A stretch of DNA of 64,000 bases from NCBI RefSeq assembly GCF_001194135.2, contig NC_068984.1, forward strand, positions 70,741,727 through 70,805,726, given 5' to 3'. Every line of letters begins with the position of its first letter. Position 1 is the first letter of the stretch. The notes under the pieces are model-generated. The model searched no databases and was not told the origin of the DNA. It was given only the letters and a program-made list of their open reading frames with translations. The stretch comes from Octopus bimaculoides (lineage: Eukaryota). Below are positions 37,648 to 51,299 of the stretch, piece after piece. Position numbers and translations under genes: made by a program.

Positions 37648-38880
37648 ATGGAAAAGTGTTGTAGTATCAGCCCAATTACTAGATCAAAGATAGTGTTGCT
37701 GCATCAGTAAAATGTATCCTTCTTGAACATTAGCAAACAATTAGGATGCAGCAAATTGCCTTGTGTTCAAGTGCAGAAGCTTTACCATGCCACTGGCCAA
37801 TACAAAGATCAGAAAAGAATGGGCGCTCTGAGAAAAACAACAGTACAGATGGATTGGCAAATTCATAGGCTCTCTGAATGTAACCAAATGCTAACAACAG
37901 TGGACACTTGCAAGCAATTATCTGATGAAACTGACATCAGGTTAACACCACAATCTGTCAGAAACCGCCTAAAAAGAATTTGGACTGTTCGGCTGGATTG
38001 CTTGAAAGAAGCCGATAATTTCTGAGACAAACGGGCAGAAGCAGACCAAGTTTGCTAAAAGCCATATTCTTTTCTACTCTAGGCACAAAGCCCAAGATTT
38101 TGGATGAGGGGAGCCAGTCGATTAGATTGACCCCAGTACACAACTGGTACTTAATTTAGCGACTACAAAAGGATGAAAGGCAAAGTCGACCTCAGCGGAA
38201 TTTGAACTCAGAATGTAAAGACAGACAAAATAGCACTAAGCATTTCACCCACATGCTAACATTTCTGCCAGCTCACTGCCTTCTAAATGCTATATTGAAT
38301 GGAGGGCCGAAGACTGGTCAAAAGTTCTTTGGAATGATGAACCCCACTTCTATATCATTGGATCAAATGGAAAGACTTATATTAGACGCTGTCCAACAGA
38401 AGAATTCCAGCACAAGTGTGAGGTTGGGGTGGGTAATGGTGTGAGCTGCATTCAGTAGCTTAGGTGTTGGTCCAGTTGTTAAGGTTGATGGCAGACTGAA
38501 CAGCGCAGGCTATCTGCAATTAGTAAATGAAAATGCGCTGCCATATTTAAATAATCAGATGCCACCAGGATCTATTTTCCAACAGGACAATTGCCCCGTT
38601 CATAAGGCTAGGAAAGTTTTGCAATATTTTCAGTGCAAATAATATGGTGGTTATTGAGTCGAATCCCCAGAGCCCAGATTTGAATCTGATAGAAAATCTC
38701 TGGAATTATGTTTCTAAAAGAGTTCATGCTAAAAAACCAACAAATTTGTCACAATTATATAATGTTATTGAAGAAATATGGCAGAACATTTCAAGTCATT
38801 TTTGTGCTCATTTGTTGAACTCCATGTTCCACCGTTGTAAGGTTGTAATTGAAAATAATGGCTATGGAACTAGATACTAA
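37648..38880 (+). pseudogene. Disrupted Tc1 transposase
   Basis: MEKCCSISPITRSKIVLLHQ*...KKPIISE...KFAKSH[SINE]IEWRAEDWSKVLWNDE...VMV*AAF...IFQQDNCPVHKA...PQSPDLNLIENLW...NNGYGTRY*. Contains stops and frameshifts. Confidence 0.92.
38069..38282 (-). mobile_element. Nin/Deu-domain tRNA SINE inserted in the Tc1 ORF, 14-bp TSD
   Basis: TSD ctaaaagccatatt (38055-38068) and ctaaatgctatatt (38283-38296). Removing the SINE restores FAKSHIEW. The core aaggatgaaaggcaaagtcgacctcagcggaatttgaactc is present. Confidence 0.92.
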
Positions 38881-39244
38881 TAATAGATTTTTGTTTGTTG
38901 TTCATTTGTGCCATGAATTTTCAATTTAAACAAAATTATGTTGCTACAGTCTCAAACTTATTTTGCTGACAATTTTTAATCATTTGAATTAATTCTGCAT
39001 TAAAATTATTTAAATTGTAGAAATATATATAACGCCTGTATCATTCAAAAAAGAAGAAAATTCTACATAAACTGTAAAAAGTAAAATAGTTTTATACACT
39101 TTTGTTAAAAATAAATTAATAAAGGAATAGAACTGTCTTCATCAGTCTTAAACTGATTTTGGCCAGTGTAAGTTAGAAATCATCACTATTGTTATTACTA
39201 CTAGTGAGGGGCATTGCATAATTTATTATTTCAATGGAAAATAT

Positions 39245-39446
39245 GAAGGTGACAAACTGGAAGGATCAGTAGCATACCAGACAAGATGCTTTTGATGCAT
39301 TTCTTTTGGCTTTGCGATGTGAGCTCAAATTCTACTGAGGTCAACTTTGGGGCTGATGAAATAAGTACCAACTGAAAATTGGGGTCAATATAATTAATAA
39401 GTCTCCTTCCCCATAATCTCTGGCCTTGTGCTTATAGTTGGAAAAA
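39245..39446 (+). mobile_element. Nin/Deu-domain tRNA SINE, degraded
   Basis: gagctcaaattctactgaggtcaacttt...gatgaaataagtacc...ggggtcaat...ggccttgtgc. Confidence 0.7.
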
Positions 39447-40311
39447 TGTAAGATTATTTAGTAGTGTCCCTTTATGATCTAAATAGAATCCTCCACCACA
39501 GTAAATTTACATATCAGTCTTCAAATGCAGACAAATACCAATCAAGCACTAAGCTCAATTTTTTTCTTTCCCTAACATCTGTGAGCTTGTATTACCTTTA
39601 GAAAGCATTATCATTATTATCATTGATTTCTCCAACTGTTATTATTTTAGAATTTCACCACTATTAGCACCTATTTATCTGTCTCATGAAGCATGATGTT
39701 ATTACAATTATTCAAGTTACACTCGATTTTCTTTAAAAGTAGTTGTTATTGTTGTCACTGTTATGAAGAGTCGTTAGAATAAGTTTGTTCATTGTTTTCA
39801 TATTTTGAAAATCCATTAGTATATATAATATTACAAAGAATGCATTACCGGTTGTTTAACATTCTAGGCTTCAATTATAATAGATTTTATATGGCCTCGT
39901 GGCAAATATTCTATAGCTTTACTCAAATCCCTTGCATTTCCTTTATTTAGACTTAAAAAATTACATAAACTTTTATATAAAATCTATTTTGTTTTCTTGT
40001 GTACTGTACATTTAGGATTTCTGTTTATATATTGTCAGTTTCTTATTTCTTTATTTGCTTGTTTGTGTATACCAAATTTACATAGAAATTTATTAATATA
40101 ATAGATAAAAGGAAATTTTGTTAGACAATTAATGTATCTAGCTATAATCAAGCATTTAGAAACATTTCTACAGATGATGGTGATGAATTTACAGAAACCA
40201 TAGAGCATCAAACAAAGTGTTTTAAGGTATATAGTTTCATACAGCTACATTTTAAGTTCAAATCCCATTGAGGTTAACTTGTCTTTTATCTCTCTATTAA
40301 CCAATATACTG

Positions 40312-40694
40312 TGGAGGCGCAATGGCCCAGTGGTTAGGGCAGAGGACTCGCAGTCATAGGATCGCGGTTTCGATTCGCAGACCGGGCGTTGTGAGTGTTT
40401 ATTGAGCGAAAACACCTAAAGCTCCACGAGGCTCTGGCAAGGGATGGTGGCGAACCCTGTTGTACTCTTTCACCACAACTTTCTCTCGCTCTTACTTCCT
40501 GTTTCTGATGTGCCTGTAATTCAAAGGGCCAGCCTTGTCACACTGTGTCACGCTGAATATCCCCAAGAACTACGTTAAGGGTACACGTGTCTGCGGAGTG
40601 CTCAGCCACTTGCACGTTAATTTCACAAGCAGGTTGTTCCATTGATTGGATCAACTGGAACCCTCGACGTCGTAAGCGACGGAGTGCCAACAAC
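40312..40694 (+). mobile_element. tRNA-derived SINE with (CAA)n tail and perfect 13-bp TSD
   Basis: A-box tggcccagtgg, B-box ggtttcgattc, tail ggagtgccaacaac. TSD aaccaatatactg at 40299-40311 and 40695-40707. Confidence 0.93.
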
Positions 40695-41253
40695 AACCAA
40701 TATACTGATCATAACATTTGATTAAGTAATATGTAACTGTCACTTGTTTCACTAAAATCATCAGAATCATGAATAAAAATGATTGTAAAATGCTTAAGAA
40801 AAATAATAAAAGAACAGAAACAAACAATAATAAATACTAAAGCAGCTCGTTCATTATCATAACGGACAAGTTGTCTATTGTACAATGTTGAGTTGAAAAG
40901 GAAAGTAACATTTATATTTCCCATTAGAAAACATTACAGTAATTATTTAGTTGTTGAAAAATTAATAAATATAATAAAGCGGTTGATTGTCAGTGGTAAA
41001 ATACATGAAACCAAGTTTCTAAATACTCTTGATAGATTAATTAAAGCACAAAGTTATAAACTTAAAGAACAAATGTTATAATATTTAAACTTGCACAAGA
41101 ATTTAATAACGACCTTATATATATGTATGTGAGTGTGTGTTTGTGTGTATTGTATAATATATGCAATGGTTCTAATTGATAATAAGCCACCCTTTTAATA
41201 TGTTGTTTACACTTTTACCAATGAGCACCTGTTTTCAATGGTTTTGCTTATAA

Positions 41254-41569
41254 GAACTGTCAGATTTTCAAAGAGGTCATATTGTTGGGCAAATTGAGGC
41301 TGGTCTTAACCAGCGAAAAATTGCCAAAAATCTTCAAATTCCTCTTGCTGGAAAAGAATCAACAGATTCTCGTCCTGGCAGACATAGGCCCTCGGAAAGA
41401 AGCTTCGCTGTTTGAAGAGAATTGTGGAAAGTGAACCCGTTCAAAGGTTTCTGACATTGCAAAACAGCTAGAAGTTAGTCCAAGAATGTGTGTTACATAT
41501 CTGCATAAGCTTGGATATTATGGAAGAGCAGCTAGAAGAAAACCTCTCCTTCAACCAATTAATATCAGA
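41254..41569 (+). mobile_element. Tc1 transposase N-terminal (HTH) fragment, second family
   Basis: [31 protein letters not shown]...YLHKLGYYGRAARRKPLLQPINIR*. Confidence 0.85.
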
Positions 41570-41749
41570 TAAAAGATTTTGAAAATTACAAATTGCTTGA
41601 ACAGAACCAAACAGTCAATGTTTTAAGAAGGCTCATCAATTTCATCAATTAATGAAAACATTAATTGATATAGGTTGCTCGGATTGCAAATATAGGTTGA
41701 GTAGTTTTCCTCTATGGTAACCCATGTTCCTGTTCTTTGCCATTATAAA

Positions 41750-42800
41750 CAAATGATGGGTTTCAAGGAGAAATCATGGGCCGTGATTAATTTCTTGTAA
41801 AAGTTGGAGCTCAGACTGTCCAACACCCATGAAATGTTACAAGTTATTTATGGAGATGGCACCATTCAAAGAGCAACATGCATAGATGGATAAAGTTTAA
41901 AGAAAGGGAGGTTAGCATTGAATATAAGCCACACAGTGGGAGATCATCACCTGCAACTGCTGACAGGAATCACCTGCAAGTAGACAAATTTCTTTGTCCT
42001 GACAGATGAGCCATAATCCATGAGTTTTCTCCACAACTTGTCTGTAGCCATAATGCATTACACAAAACGATGGAAGGCTTTGCATGTCAGGAAGTGTGTG
42101 CAAAGCGGATAACTTGGTAGCTGACATCTAATTGGTAGGAGAGAAGGCTGGAAGTCTGCTTTGATTTAGTGGAAATATTTGAACCATATTAAGACATTTT
42201 TTCTGATCAGGTGGCAAGGAATGAAATGTGACCATGTATTTATGAACCAGAAATGAGGGCTCATTCCATGAAATAGCATTACCTCTTCTTTAAAGTCTAA
42301 GAATTTCAAGAGCCAGCAATTGGTATAGGAAGTCATGGTAACTGCTTTTGGGGAGAAGATAATGACTTTATTCTTCTTGATCTTCTGGAATGTCACTGTA
42401 CCATGAATAGTGAGTGGTACATTAAGACAGAGAAAAAGACTAGAGAAGTTATTAGAAGAAGGAGACCAAACAGTCAGATCAAAATTATCCACACACACCT
42501 TGACAATGCATGATACCACATATCTTGGTAACAAATCTAGCAACTGAAAAACTGGCTAATCACTGATATCCCATCTGCCATTCATTCCTGACACAATGCT
42601 CTCTGACTTCTGTCTGTCTAATCCAATAAAGGACAGTTTTGGGACATAGCATTTTGATGACACAGACAAATGGAAGTGGTTGTGAAGAAGTGGATACAAC
42701 AATGCACACCTGAATTTTCCAAAGGGGTTTCAAGATTTAAATTCAACAGCAGTCCAAATGCATCACTTGCAATAGTAACTATGTTGAAAAATACCTTTGT
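41750..42800 (+). mobile_element. Near full-length decayed mariner (DD34D) transposase
   Basis: THEMLQVIYGD; EVCAKRITW*LT (WVPRxL); YEPE; EVMVTAF; HLDNA*YH; FIPDTMLSDF (YSPDLAPSDF); CITCNSNYVEK. Many frameshifts. Confidence 0.85.
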
Positions 42801-45129
42801 ACACAGGAAGAATTATTTGACCAACAAGTGCAATTTGAACGACATAAAAAAAAAGTTCTGTTTACTTTAGCATTACTTAGTGTATATCTCTTGAAACGTT
42901 TCTCTTTTATTTCCTACTTACCAACAGACGTCTATACCACTTCAGGCCAAAGTGGTACTATAAATAAATGTTGCAACTTAGCAAATATTCACTTCCAAAA
43001 GTTTATATTTATAGATTTGAATGCTACTGTAATTCTTTCAGAGAAAATGTAAGAATTTTCAATTCCAACATTAATAAAATAAAAGATTCAAGTTGAATAT
43101 GTAAAAGTTGTGTTACATATATGTTTTTGAATTAAAGTTCTATGAGTGTTACATGTGTGGAGTGAAAAGGAAAATATTGCTGAGATAAAAGCAAGTGAAA
43201 TAAACATGTGACTTGGAGAAGAGATACATCAATTTCGTGGTTCAGTCAAGTAAAATATGTCTCATGCTAAGATCAGGTGAGTGAAAATGGAATAGCAATT
43301 TTTGCTTTGACTGAACTCTGTGCGAAGGGAGAAACAAGAATAGCTTGCTCCAGCTGAGTTTGTCAAAGAACGAGATAGAAATAACTTTGACTTCTGCTTA
43401 TGTAAGCTATGATTTGTGATAGACAGTTTGAATGCTCCAATGAACTGATGACAACTAGTGAACAACCAAAACTTCCTTTGGTTGCATGAGGGTTGCTATG
43501 TGTTAAGTAACATTTTTGTTAAAGTTTTGGCCTTCTTAAGAAATAAAATATATTGTTATGTCTTAAGAAAGTCAAAACAACAAAACTACAAAATAAATTA
43601 ATGGGTTTTTTTGTTAGAGGGAGTCAATTCAGTACAAAGCTCCATCACCATCACAACTAGAACTCCACCACCAGTATAGAAAAAAACAAAGTTTGTTAGA
43701 ATGTCATAAAGAGAAAAAGAAAAAAAGTATTCGATACAACATTGGAAGGAAATCTGAAAATAAATATTAAGAATGGAAGATAATTAGCACAAATGGATTT
43801 AAGTAAAAATAAGAAATAAGATACAAAAACTAGAAGAAAATGGAAAGAGAGTGATGTGATAAAAAAAGAAATCAGTTCTGACATTAAAAAGAGAGAAAAT
43901 AGATTAATAATGTAACATATGACATACTAGAATATTGCACACATCATTTATTTAGTGTACCAATATATTTAGCTTTTGTCTTTTTACTGACTGTTTATTC
44001 AAATTAATTTTTTTGTCATGTGCATACAGAAATTATTACTTTGAAACTAAGAACCCTTTTGTTAGTTCAGCAGAGACAAATCATCTGGTTTAGTTTCATC
44101 CTTCAATGATCTCAGATTAAATGCTGTTATGGTTTTAGATCATTATTTCTAGTTTACAGTTGTTGAAGGTAGTACTCTTTGCAATAAACTAGGTATTTTC
44201 TCCTAGTGTTTAGAGTGACTGAGTTTATTTTGCTCAGCCTCCAATTTGTTTATTTTCAAAATGTAGAGGTTGTTCTCACCATGCTTTATAAAACTATTTT
44301 GCCTTTATATCTTAAGGTCTTGTATATTTTTCTGTGTTCCAGAAAACATGACCATCTATTGTATGCAAATTATGGATTTACTTTTTCTCCATATTCAGTC
44401 ACACTTTGATCTAAATTGTTTAGAACATATCCTGTAACACACTCAATAATGGAATAATGGGGATAACTCTGAAAGTGTGCGAGACACTTTATTTTCATTT
44501 ACCTGAATGGTCTTTAAATGTCGTCTTTCTACTGTACTCATAATGATACCATATTGGCAACTCAGTATGCTTTAACATAACAGAGCATGTTTTTAACTTG
44601 CGGTCTCAAACAATGGCATCATGTTAATTGTGATGTAATTAAGTTATTGCATCTACTTTTAGATTTACCTCTGCCTAGATTTTGAGAATATATTTTTGTT
44701 GAGACGTTGTAGATTGGTACAATTCTTTATAACCATTATTCTAAATATATTCTTTATTTGTGGCCACTTTTTGCATTGCACTTTATTTTAGACAACTTTG
44801 ATTACTCTACAAAGAAGGTAGCTTCTTGTGCAAGTAAGTACATAGTGATAAAGTGGCGAGATTGTTTTTGTTATAGTTAAGATGATCCTAAGGAATTGTA
44901 AAAATGTGGGTGAGTTACAGTGTACATGTGTAATAAGAGTGTATAGATATATTCCCACTCATACCATAGATGTGCATGTCTCTTCAGTATACAAGTGTGC
45001 ATGTGATTCTACATCTATGTGTGTCTGTATGCTACGTGCAAACATGTGATATTAGATATACTTTTATTCAAAGAAGCTCAAATGAAGAATTTTTGGATGG
45101 TTTGCAAATTTTAACTCTACCACTTAACA

Positions 45130-45900
45130 ATTGGATTAAGTGAATGTGAGACACTTTACATTATTCTTTCTTGGAGAAACATGGCATTTTCTGGCTTTTA
45201 TGCAAATCTGATGGTATAAAGCCAAGTTCAAGCATAATAATAGGTACAAATCAAAATCTCTAATTTGGATAAAGAACTATAACATCCATATTAATTCACC
45301 ATATATATTCTCTTTTTCTACAACTTTAGGTGAGACATTCACATCCATTCAGTAACTGAGCTCTACAACAGTGCATAATAATTATTCCTTACTACACTGA
45401 ACAAAGCACTGGATTTCTTTTATTTGGACATTTTCTGAGCATGACTTTTATATTTCCTGCTTTTGTCATGCATTTCATATGACTGTGTGGACACTTCTTC
45501 CTGTGGAAAACATTGAATATAGCTTTGCCAGTAATATCATGTCCCAATTGAAGGTAGTAGCTTTTCAGCATTTTAGTACAGCTGCAAATGATGTAGGTGA
45601 TATCTTCCGTACTGTTAAGCAACGATCAACATTTCTTATCACAATATTATTTAAACTGCAAGATATTTTTCTTACTCACTTGTTGCACCTGGAGGCAAGA
45701 GAGATTTCCCATAAAATTTGAAGGCCCTCTAAGGCCAAGTAAGCTTGATATCATTAATTTTCTGTTTAAACTCATGCACTTTAACAACTTCAGGAAAAAC
45801 ATGAGCAGAGAGAACATTACAGAGGGTCAGCGATCTGGGAAAAATGATTGAACATATTGGTTAGTTTGGAGCTGATGGTTCTAAATGAACCATGAATCTT
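45130..45900 (-). mobile_element. R4-related LINE C-terminal relic (CCHC region and RLE), second subtype
   Basis: EDITYIICSCTKMLKSYYLQLGHDITGKAIFN (EDIxHIxxxC...LxxRHD) and CTVVELSY*MDVNVSPKVVEKENIYGEL...FVPII (RLE E-x-S, KxxKY-like, PII motif). Confidence 0.7.
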
Positions 45901-46059
45901 AAAAGATGGTAAAACAAATAGGTTAGGGGTGACTGAGAGGTGGAAGTATGAGATTAGTCAGCTTCCAGGAACAGAGACCTTTTCAGTAGTAAGAGAAAAG
46001 AGTCATACAAGACAGAAGGCTTGTGGGCTGAAGACTGGAGTGTATCTGTTAGCAATTAA

Positions 46060-46279
46060 TCCTTTCGTTAGTATATTTATTTTGAGATGCTCTATGTTTC
46101 TTTCAATTACTTTAAATATAACAAAGAATTTAGTAAAACAACTTAGTTATCATTCAGCTAGTGTTAGAAACATAAATTGTGACTAAGGTTTGGTGGAAGA
46201 TTTTAATTCAAATCTTATGAAAACAAGACATTTGTACACAGAGCCAGAGCCGATTTCAGCTGGGTTGGTAACGAAAGGG
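46060..46279. mobile_element. piggyBac-type MITE, 220 bp, TTAA TSD
   Basis: ttaa-tcctttcgtta...gtaacgaaaggg-ttaa (TTAA at 46056-46059 and 46280-46283). Confidence 0.85.
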
Positions 46280-46289
46280 TTAAACACCA

Positions 46290-47100
46290 CTTAGTCAAGT
46301 AACCATTCTCTGCATATGATCTGGTATGTCTGTGTGCACAACAACAATAATATCCCAGATGTGAAAGGAATACTCCATGGTGGGCCACTTTTGTGCCTTG
46401 TAAAATGTCAGCAGTTGTTGAGGGCTGAAATATTTTCTATTCCCGAAAAGGAGGGCCAGTCTTCAAACTATACTAAGGGTAAGCATTAGTCTGCAGAAAT
46501 TCTCTGTATTAGTGAGACCTAGCCTTTTGAGTGACTGTAAGGGATCTAATTGCGTACCAGTGATGGTTAGTGAAAAGTAGTGGTGTTTTCTTGATTTGAG
46601 TAGTTTTGGGGCTTCTTTATTGTTCCAAGAAAGAAGGTATGTGTGACCCTGTTGAAGGAGGTTTCCAAGGTTTCCATTTATGAAATCAATGCAGATTTAG
46701 TGAATGATGTATCAACCACATGTAGATGGTACTTGATCAGGGAAAGTTGAGGAGGAATAAAGGGTTGTGTCATCTACATAAGAGTGGTGATTGCTGAATG
46801 TGGCCACAAGTATGTCATTGATGCATAGTAGGAAGAGAGTGAAGGACGAAACTAAATTCTAGAGAATACCAGGGTTGATGAACCAATATATATCTGAATG
46901 ATATGATCAATTAGGATGTACATCTATGCATAATTTTCTTCTTATATGATGATTGTTCCTCTTCTAAGTGTCCGTTTAAGAAGGTTAATCAATCTGCTTA
47001 TAGGCCACATAGGCTACACACTCAAGTGTGTCGCTAACTTCATAAACAGATCGTCTTTTTTTTTATTTTGCAGTCACAAAGAACTATACCAGTTTGACAG
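46290..47100 (-). mobile_element. CR1-group LINE reverse transcriptase relic
   Basis: LVSSFTLFLLCINDILVATFSNHHSYVDDTTLYSS (SVLSPTLFLLxINDL...YADD) and RKYFSPQQLLTFYKAQKWPTMEYSFHIW. Confidence 0.8.
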
Positions 47101-48204
47101 TATTTTAATTTGGTTAAAAAGAAGTATGTAAAGACATTCACCCACACTTGGTGACAAAGAGGTCAGAGGTTTCAGTTTTAGTTTTTATGTAATATACATA
47201 TGGTATCACCTGACACTTTCAGTCTTTTATGTATAAACAGTTTTTTTATCAGGAATTTCTTGATCTTGTATTGTATGAAAGTAACATGATGTAAGATGTT
47301 ATAATCTTTAGCTAGGTTAATTTCCTCTGTGACTTTTTTAAATTCCAAATGCCCATGAATAACTATTTTAGTTTTATATTTTGTTACAGAGTAGAATATC
47401 CCCTAGTTCCAAAGAAGGAAGAGATCTGTATTTTTCTTCACATTTATTAGATATTCTGATTCATGTGTTCATATTTGAGTAAGTGTACATGCATATGAAC
47501 AAATGTGCATGTATATGTATGTATATATGTATCTATGTTATTAACTGATGGTGACAGGGTGTTGATTTTTGTAATTTTTATTTTCATTCTGCCACATCTT
47601 GGGTGAAAGGTCAATAAATTATCCATCAGTGTTCACTTCCTCTACTAATCAATATAATTAGCTATACTCCCAACTTTCATTATAAAAATGGCCTTATGTC
47701 TAAGAACGAAATCAACGTATTAAAAATATAAGTATTAAAAATTAAAAACATAAGTAAATACTAAAAGTTTTTATCTGGCTTTTATATTGACAGCATGAAG
47801 GCTAGACAAGATAAACCATCTGCATTTGTTAACAAAAACATTTTGCAAAAGATATCAAAATTACCTTAAAACATTCTGTAACATTGTACAGCAAGAAATC
47901 AGAGTACATTTTCCTTATTTTTATTTGTTACATTCTGTTTTTATGTACCAAACTTAATTAAGTAACAATCACAAAATAAAATAAATAAAACTAAAAAAAG
48001 CGTGCTATCTGGGTAAAATTTACCATTTTTTTTTTTTCTTTTACATTCTCATCAATCAAATCTTCATCATAATCTCTCAGCTATTTTGGCAAAATATTTA
48101 TTCTGAATTTCAGCACCATTTTTTTTATCTCCTCTACTTATTTTTAGTTTTTAAATTCACCTTCTCATTTGATCTATTTCCAATCAGCGCAACTGTGTTT
48201 TTCA

Positions 48205-48216
48205 TATATACACACA

Positions 48217-48278
<62 letters not shown>

Positions 48279-48333
48279 ATTATTTACATATATATATATA
48301 TATGTATGTATTTATGTATAATACACATATATT

Positions 48334-48385
<52 letters not shown>

Positions 48386-48400
48386 CTTGTATGTATGTAT
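48205..48400. repeat. (CA)n(TA)n(TG)n microsatellite block
   Basis: Read directly from the sequence. Confidence 0.95.
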
Positions 48401-49489
48401 AATTTCCAAATTAAACCAAAGATAAACTCCAATAAACCTTCAATCATCCTTCTGCCTAGTTGTGATGATTTTTCCCATTAAGCAAAAACAAACAACCAAT
48501 CAAAACACAGTGAAAAGTAAACAACAACAACAAAAAGCTATCGGTCAATATTGTATTACAAGAATTAACTAGCTTTTCGCTCCCCACCACCGCGGACTCC
48601 CCATTCCCCCCCCCCTTTTTTTAGTCTATTCAGAAAATAATACCTCTATGCTTGCCACAATCTATCAGTTGCAAGCCAAGTATGATTGTTCTTTTTTGCT
48701 TTGTTTTTGCACTTGCTATTGTTTTCTTTTTGTCTTGGTTAAGTATCATACATAAGCAAAGAAAACAAACAGAAAGTAACAAAATAAACAAAAACAAACA
48801 AAAAAACTAGCAACAAATAAACAATGGTAGTATATGAGATAAAACATTTCAACAGCAGGAATTTCCATGAGTTTTTGTTCTTCTAAGTTTCAAACTAAAC
48901 TGATGAATGAAAGCTCATTATAATTTGCTATCAGTTTATTATAATTTAAAGAATGAAAGGAAGTTCTGTACATTTGTGTGTATATATGCATGTCTGTATG
49001 CGATTTTGTATTGGAGTTTATATGTTCATCTATGAGTGCTTATACATGTGTATGTATATTTTGCAAAAGTAAAACTAATATTACTTGTTAAATAATATTA
49101 TAATGGAGAGTAATTAAATTTTCTTCACAGATGCTGTATTAAAATTTAATTTTAAGGGTGTATTAACTGTTACTAAAACTTCTTCAGCTGCTACTAATTA
49201 TTTCAGTAAACATTAAAAAGAAGAAGCTAAATCAGTCTATTATTACTCAATCAGAAATTTAGTCTGTTATGCATTTGCTTTTCTGTATTTTACATCCTAG
49301 AAAATCTGTTAACATTATTTTATCATCATTTAATACTAAAACTTTCTTTGTATATAATTTTATAAGCTGCTAAAATCGGTGTTCTAATGAACAAATAAGA
49401 CTTGTCGATTACAAACTTTGTTGACTAGATCTTGATACTGACTCCAACTTGTGTACTTGATTAACAAACTTATCAACCCAAACCATGGG

Positions 49490-49895
49490 TATAGAAAGAC
49501 GAGAACCTGAGAAGACTGGAAAGAAATGAAGCAAGTCTCCCCCATTCGATGTGAAATGTGATTGTGCATGAATGTCATCATACAAATATACTGAGACAAA
49601 AATTGGGTATAAGGGAACTAGATGTTGTGTTCAACAAAGAGGACTGCACTATGATGAGCATGTGATGTGTGTATGTATGAAGACAACTGCATAATGAAAT
49701 GCTGGTTACTACAACTGTATAATGAAATGCTGGTTATTAAATATGGATGGAGGTTACTGAAAATGGAGACTCAGGAAGACATGGGGCAAAATTATGAAGG
49801 TTGATCTTAGAGCTTTGAACATATCGGAGGAAATGGAAAAGGACTGGGATAATTGGCAATATCAGTTTTTGAGAAGACCTGCCCAACTCCATGAA
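49490..49895 (+). mobile_element. RTE-X C-terminal relic
   Basis: ENLRRLERNEAS...NILRQKLGIR...KVDLRALNISEEMEKDWDNW, collinear with 25307-25700. Includes a 28-bp tandem duplication at 49684-49739. Confidence 0.75.
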
Positions 49896-49915
49896 ACTAA
49901 GTTCTTTCTAGAAGC

Positions 49916-49949
<34 letters not shown>

Positions 49950-50792
49950 TATGTGCCAGAAGCCACTGGGTCCAATTTCACATTCACGACACCCCCACCA
50001 CCTTTCTTCTTTAATTGCAACTCTTCCTTGACACTACCAAATTTTTTCAAACCCAGAACTATTTCTCTTGATACATAACCCTCAAACTTAATACTAGTCT
50101 CTCTCGCTACACTTTACATTAACCCATTTATCCCCGATGTCATTCATTCCCTACACTATGTATGCCTCTCTCTCCTTTCTCTTTCTCTTTCTCTTTAATT
50201 CTTCCCATAGCTACTGTATCAGCATTACTATTCTGGTATTCTTCACCCTTATACATCATTGGTCATCTCCAAACTTTATGCTCCATTCACTACATCTACC
50301 CTGCAACCCCAACCCAATCAAGTCTCTACAATTGTCACTCTACATTCTTCCCTATATTCCCTAATTATCATCCACTCAACACTTGCTTGTCATATTGTAT
50401 TTTAACCTCCGCACTCATTTCCCCATCTCTCAGTGCTCCACCCTGACCAGCCCCACCATTATTTCTAAAATTGAAATTGCCATGTAGCACTTCTACAGCA
50501 AAAAAAATACTGTTCTTTTTCATGCTTTAATCTTTCATCTACTATCATACAGTTGCTTCCCTAAGGGTCTGTAATCTTACACGCTACATGGCAATCTGTC
50601 TAGTGCTGGTGGCACAAAACAAAAACAAAAACAAAAAAAAGTACATGCTTCAAGGTTGTTAGTATTAGGAAGAAGATCCAGCCATAGAAAATATGTCAAA
50701 GTAGATGGTTTAGGCATGATGCAGTCTTTGGGCCAGTCAGACCTTGTCAAATCATCTTACCTATTCCAGCAGAGAACATAGATGTTGCACGA

Positions 50793-50832
<40 letters not shown>

Positions 50833-50846
50833 CTGTCTGTCTGTCG

Positions 50847-50903
<57 letters not shown>

Positions 50904-51299
50904 NNNNNNNNNNNNNNNNNNNNNNNNNNNNNNNNNNNNNNNNNNNNNNNNNNNNNNNNNNNNNNNNNNNNNNNNNNNNNNNNNNNNNNNNNNNNNNNNN
51001 NNNNNNNNNNNNNNNNNNNNNNNNNNNNNNNNNNNNNNNNNNNNNNNNNNNNNNNNNNNNNNNNNNNNNNNNNNNNNNNNNNNNNNNNNNNNNNNNNNNN
51101 NNNNNNNNNNNNNNNNNNNNNNNNNNNNNNNNNNNNNNNNNNNNNNNNNNNNNNNNNNNNNNNNNNNNNNNNNNNNNNNNNNNNNNNNNNNNNNNNNNNN
51201 NNNNNNNNNNNNNNNNNNNNNNNTAACACTATAAAGGAGTAGAAAAAATCCAGACAAAAAACAAAAAGGCAAAAGAGAGTCACTTACTGTTATAGTTTC

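Larger units (their letters stand above)
37318..39168 (+). mobile_element. Full-length Tc1 (DD34E) transposon with ~230-bp IR/DR TIRs and TA TSD
   Basis: TA-cactggccaaaat...attttggccagtg-TA. The long TIRs match (gacagttctattcctt/aaggaatagaactgtc and others). DR caaaataagttt at 37325 and 37521, reverse complement at 38954 and 39150. Confidence 0.95.

Noticed and set aside
40165-40205. Hammerhead-like ...UCUA-CAGAUGA-UGGU...UACA-GAAA-CCA-UAGAG
   Set aside because: U4 is mutated, stem II is mismatched and there is no NUH or stem III geometry.
45680-45765. Strong donor AA|GTGAGT on the minus strand with an open frame
   Set aside because: It falls inside the R4-related LINE relic at 45130-45900.
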